From NCBI GenBank assembly GCA_009103225.1, contig RHPI01001168.1, forward strand, positions 469,053 through 532,434: a stretch of 63,382 nt of DNA, given 5' to 3'. The position numbers were made by a program, and so were the translations under genes. The stretch is from Chlorokybus atmophyticus (Eukaryota; Plantae; Mesostigma and Chlorokybus algae). Under the pieces are notes generated by a model that did not search any database, was not told the origin of the DNA, and was given only the letters and a program-made list of their open reading frames with translations. This document shows positions 58,161 through 63,382 of the stretch, one piece after another (the first letter of the stretch is position 1; every line of letters begins with the position of its first letter).

Positions 58161-59039
58161 GACAACCTACAACCACCACATACTTATTGTTATTGAGTGA
58201 CTCAGTGACTACACATCTGCATTGCATGCACTATGCATGCACTGTGTTTATGCGTGTGTCCGCAAAACCCTGATCTGCTTGTCGCTTGGGTCGGCCACAT
58301 GCCTGCTCCAGCAGCCGCTACCAGTCGCTGCCTATGTCAGCGCCATGCCCAACTACCCTATCCAGCTTGCCGCCGTTCTCTCCGCTGCGGTGGCGGCGCA
58401 TCAGAAGATTGCTCTGCTCGCCGCCGCTGCCCATGCCGTCGACGGCGGCGGCAATGCTAAGGCACAACATACAGTGTGCTGCATGCTCCCATCACGCGCA
58501 GCGCCCATCGCGCCTATCACGCCCATCACGCCCTCGTCGCAAACTTTACACGGTGACTGACTAAGGACTGAGGGACTGACTGGTGCCTGAGCCTGCCTGA
58601 GCCTGCCTGTTGCTGCCTGAAATATTACTTTTGGACTGTTGGGTTTGCCGTTGGCTTAAGTGGACTGACGCAGACGGCCGCGGGCCGAAAGTGGTTGTCA
58701 GTGGCACTAACCGGCCGAGAGTTGTCAACCAGTTACCCTTTGGTCGATGTGCACAGACGGCCGTTGACCGGTAGTTACGGACAGCTGACAGCAATAGCCG
58801 GCAGTTTCTTTGCCGTTACACTGCTGTTAATATGTGACCCTTGCCATTTGAAAAAAGTTGGCAATTCTTGCCGTAAGCCAACACTAACATGCCATGCAGC
58901 TTGTACAAACCTTGGACTGATTGTTTGGTCTTGCACCTAAAAGCCCACAATATATACAATGTACGGGCAGTGGTGAGAGTATGTCCACTTACAACTGAGC
59001 AGCCGACTTGCGCATGAACTATCCTATAACATTGAGTCT

Positions 59040-60050
59040 AGCTGTCGGACTTATGCGCAGCTTGTCAACCCGTGGTACCTGCCTCAGAACTCCTCCTCAA
59101 ACCCCCTCCTCCTGTTCCTCCTCCGACGAGTCTTCTGCTTCAACGCCGGAGTCATCTTCATCCGCTGCCTCGCTCGCTGACAGTACAGCGGCTACTTCGT
59201 CCTTCAGCTTGAATGTCAGCGCCTCGCCGTGCACGCGCATGCGCTTGATGGTCGCTTTGAGAGTGACCACCTGCATTTGGTAATGCTGTAAGAGTGGCGT
59301 GCTGCCAGAAGACTAGCCCATCAGCATACACACGCTTACCTCGTCTTCCGCTTTGTTGCACTCCGCCAGGCAGACAGTCAGCCTGCCGCGCTGCTCTTGG
59401 TTCACTCTGACCAACATGGCAATCTGCAAGCATACTGCTTAATTACCGCTGGAAACATTAAACTAGGTCATAGATTACCCGTTCGTTTGACTCCGCAGCT
59501 TCTCTTTTGCGACTTGTGAGCTCCCGCAAGTAGAAATAGGCTGTGCATTTGCGAGATTGGTCATGCTGTTCATGTGCATGACACTGGAGGTTGTGCATGA
59601 GGTTGTGCATGTCGTATTGACAATGTATGTCAAGTGCAAGATACTTGAGGCTGTGCATGTGCAAGATAAAAGAACCATAGCATGTGGCATTGACAGTGCA
59701 TCGTAGCCCACCTTGGTTATGCCAGTCTTGTTTCGTCCCTTCAATCATGTCGCCGTGGTCGCAGCTGCTGGTGGGTCGGATTTTCTTCGAGGCAGTATTG
59801 TGGTGTGCCTTTGCCCACTCGGAGGGGGAGCCCTGTAAGATATCGCCCGAGTCACTGTTGTCATTGGATGTGCCCTTGGTAGTCTTGGTGGGGTTTGACA
59901 CCGAGGACACCCCTCCGGCACCCTGCCCGCCCTGTGCGAACATGGAATTCATCCCGGACCTCGACCACAATGCCCACTACGCCCCTGGCAGCGCCGCCAA
60001 CGATCTTCCAAACGCCACATACCCTCGGCATCACGCCCCTGTAAGGGCAT
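59040..60050 (-). pseudogene. degenerate multi-exon ORF divergent from Plavaka copy 2
   Basis: Protein-like frames (ORF 59458-59970; MQVVTLKATIKRMRVHGEALTFKLKDEVAAV...EEEQEEG) with GT donors and in-frame stops; no family recognised. Confidence 0.3.
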
Positions 60051-60103
60051 AGCTTGGCGGAGCTATCAATGGTGTTTTCATGCGCAGGGGGACTGACATT
60101 GCC

Positions 60104-60304
60104 AGAGTTGTCAATGGTACGAACTGCCATTGCCATTGTACAAAGGTACCATTTCAATGGTACCTTTGTACAATGCCTAGACCTTTTGGCAAAGGCATCT
60201 TCGTGCCATTGAAATGGTTCAATCAGAATGTATATGTATATAAAAATATCCAGAGACTCACCCTGGACGTGCAATGGCTCGTTCGTACCATTATAATGGT
60301 ACGA
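60104..60304. promoter_or_regulatory. palindromic GTAC motif cluster upstream of the Plavaka transposase
   Basis: CAATGGTACGA; the hairpin ATTGTACAAAGGTACCATTTCAATGGTACCTTTGTACAAT; TCGTACCATTATAATGGTACGA. Confidence 0.5.
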
Positions 60305-60461
60305 CGGAGCCAGTGACTGGCGGCCAAGTTTCCCGCCTCTGGCATGCAAGGGTAGCGGTAGCGGTGGCGGTGGCGGCGGCGGCGGCGGCGGCGGGTGTGC
60401 GTGTTGCTGGATATGATGCAGGTTACATTGGCGACACCTGTGTCGACGTTAGTAGTGAGAT

Positions 60462-63382
60462 ATGGGAGTCCTTTGTCCGTATTGCCACATGCGCTTCGCC
60501 ACACGCAGCTCGGTCTACATGCACATTATTAGCAGCAGGGTGTGCAAGCAGATCAAGCTGTATGTCGGCCAGCGTCCATTACAGTACGATGCGGGTCATG
60601 TTGAACCCGGGAGTTCAATCCAGGATGCTCACATGCTTGATGCTGAAGGATTCCTCCAGGAGACACACGCACAGCAGCAACAGGAGGAGGAGGAAGTGAA
60701 CGAGGGCTTTCGATGTGTGCGTGTGCCTGAGAAACCTGTGGCACGCCAACATGGAAGTGGAGGCGTCCCTTCGCACGCGTCGGAATCCAGGTGGTATGGC
60801 TCGGAGCATGCTCTTGCAGTGGCATTCGTGCAGTGCAACAACGGCCAAGGCCTGTCGGCCTCCGACATGGGGCGGATCATCAAGTGCATCCGAAATGCAC
60901 ACTTCCTGACGGAAGAGCTCCAGTGGGAGACCGGTGTGCATGCGGCCAGCTACCTCCGGACCACGATTGCTTTCTCTCAGTCTGAGGTGTGTTCACGGTG
61001 TGCGGTGCATGTGCTTCAACCATCAGAGCCATGTCACATATGCACATGCGAGTGTGCTGCCGTATCAGAACTACGTGACGGCTGACCTGCGCAAGCCTGG
61101 AGACCCTGAGGATCAGGACATCTGCGTCACATATATGCCGGCCAAGGTCTGTGAAATGCAGTACCTAATGCAGTATCGATGCAGTATCTATTCTGAGGCC
61201 AGCATAGTAAGTAATGCTCTTGGTCGGAGCAGGTATGGCTCGCGCGGTTGTATGGCAATCCACATGCCGCCAATGGCTTCAATCTCCAGTACACTGGTGA
61301 CGAGCACAGCTTTGGCCATCCTTCCACGGGCGATTGGTGGAAGGATGTGGAGGTGGATTTGAGGAGAGAGGTGGGGGAAGCGTCCTACTTGGCGCCTGCC
61401 ATTCTGTACAGTGACAAGACCACGCTGGACAGCGCGGGCAAGCGCTCTGGCTACCCTCTGATGGCATCGCTTGCCAACTACAGTTGGGACATGTATGCTA
61501 GCAACATGGGGGTTGTTATGATAGCGCTTCTGCCGGTGGTTCACGCAGTGGCCGGGCATCCCACCTGGGCGCAGGGCAAGGAATCGTTCTCCATTCGGAA
61601 ACGTGAGATTTTTCATGACGCTTTGAATGTAGTGTTAGGGGATGTGAAGCGGGCGAGTTGGGAAGGTCTGCAGCTTATCGACCCGAATGGCATCGAGCGA
61701 CGTGTGTTTCCCGCGCTTGCCAACTACATCAGCAATTTGCAGGTAGTGGGCATGAATGGTTGTAACCGGATGCAGCCCGCCAGCAAACAGTGCATGGAGG
61801 ATGTTGTCATTAGAACATCTGAGTTTGTCGTGTTGTAGGAGACTGCCACACTCGCACGCACTGTGTCGGGCAACCAAACACGACATCCTTGCGATGTTTG
61901 TCTCGTCACCAAATCAGATCTGTTGGGAATGGATGAGGACCGGGAATTGAGAACCGAGGCCTTCTACACACCAGCAATACGTCAGCTGCGGGCGGACCTG
62001 CATAGCGGTGTTAGGAATGCACGCCAGACAGCCAAGGCTTTCAAAGAGCAGCACTCCATGCATGTCGAGGAGGTAATGGTCAAATTATCGGCATTCGTGA
62101 GGATGAATGGCTTTCCGTGAAACCAGGCAATGTGGTTTGGCAACAGAATGCACTGTGGGGTTGGCGACAGTCGCGGGTGCCGGGAGCTGACTGCTACTCT
62201 CGTCTTGCCCCTGACGCAATGCATGTGCTGGGAGGCATCATTGACCACCTGCTTGCTGCTGTGTACGACGCCGCGAAGGAACGAATGCGTCCATCCACGA
62301 GACAGATTCTGCAGGCCAGGCACGTCTTTGGTGTTGCTTTTGTGTTGAACACAAAAGCCAACAACACGTGCTCACGAGCAGATGTGCACAGGCTGAATGC
62401 ATGCAAGGCGACTCTGCGGGTTTCGCACTTCAAGGCACCCACAAGCACAGTAGATTTCTTCCTGTCCGACCACTCCTTTCAGGTGGTGGAGAAAGTGGCG
62501 GTGCTGCAGCTGCTGCCGGTCCTCGCAGACGGTTTGCTGCTCGACAGTGAGGGCAACGATTTCTTCACCATTGCTGCCGCATCGCTTGCCCAGTGGAACA
62601 AGAAGTTGCTGAAGGCGCATGAACACACAAGAGAGACCCTGACCACAGCCGACAACGAGCTGGCTGCCTTCAAAGCTGCAGTGTTGCATCCGCTACTGTC
62701 GTCATATTCTGCACAGAAGTCAGGTTGGAAGATCGAGAAGATGCATCAGCTCACTCATTTTGGGCCGGCAATTGTCAGCAGTGGACACCCAGATTGGTTC
62801 AGCGCCAACCGCATGGAGCAGACGCACGCCCAAAATATCAAACGGTGGGCGCGTGGTGGCAACAACCGGGACTACCAGGCACGTATCCTGAAGGCATGGA
62901 GCTGTGCGGAATATGTGAGAGAGGATGGCATGGTCGTGGATCCCGAGATGCGCTCGGTCATGGCGCAGGCGCGGCAGCAGTGCTGTAATGTCATGGAGAA
63001 GACGGACAAGTTGCTACGGATGGATGTGCTGACAAGGAGGGAGTCCAGCCCGTACTGGAGCGGATCTGCGCGTAGCCGCCAAGTCGCCTTGAAGACTCCA
63101 TTTGCCGACAAGCTGCCTGCCACCCTGGACAGCTGGTTGAGGAGGGAACAACTGGAGTTGGCCGACGGGTGGCGTGCTGTTCGCGTGATGAACGGAGGCA
63201 GCGGTGTACATGACATCAGGAGTCAGCATGGCGCGCGCAACTGAGATGTTCCATGGGCGGCCTTGGTTCTCTACACTTGAGTTGGAAGGTGATGAGGACG
63301 GTGTGAATGTGACGTGGTGGGCTCAGGCACTCCTTTTTCTGCGCGTGGTGGTGTGGGGTGGTAGCGGCGAGCGCGTGTGGAA
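60462..63382 (+). mobile_element. Plavaka-type transposase, copy 2, multi-exon, runs off the window end
   Basis: N-terminal CPYC...H finger; HPSTGDWW; ILYSDKT...GYPLMASLAN; REIFHDAL; FPALANYISNLQ|E; HPCDVC; LAPDAMH; KMHQLTHF; MEQTHAQNIK. The conserved Asp reads Asn here (AAT) but Asp in copy 1 (GAC). Confidence 0.9.

Overview
Eukaryotic nuclear DNA with short spliceosomal introns and many transposable elements. The host genes I can recognise by eye are an At2g17340-like DUF89 phosphatase, an HD-ZIP class II-like homeobox gene, EMC4 and an M23 (DipM/MepM-like) peptidase. Together they point to a streptophyte (charophyte-grade) green alga, which is an inference. Mobile DNA includes a young, complete Ty1/copia element (13662-18564; 418-bp LTRs, TSD TGGAT, one 8-bp frameshift in the protease), two copies of a Plavaka-type (EnSpm/CACTA-like) transposase, a degenerate CRE-clade non-LTR element, a pogo/Tigger fossil, a TIR-bounded MITE-like element and a 489-bp TRIM. 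Top candidate for a new system: tail-to-tail with the first Plavaka transposase lies a spliced gene fusing a Cys-rich region and a Tudor-like chromatin-reader domain to a phage/bacterial-type C5 cytosine methyltransferase. An OTU protease gene lies next to it, and GTAC-palindrome clusters sit upstream of the genes. This suggests a large multi-gene DNA transposon carrying its own epigenetic writer/reader/eraser kit, pseudogenised in this copy. Second candidate: the TRIM has a tRNA-type Pol III promoter split across its LTR/PBS junction. All family calls come from motif recognition and manual translation; no database search or alignment was run.
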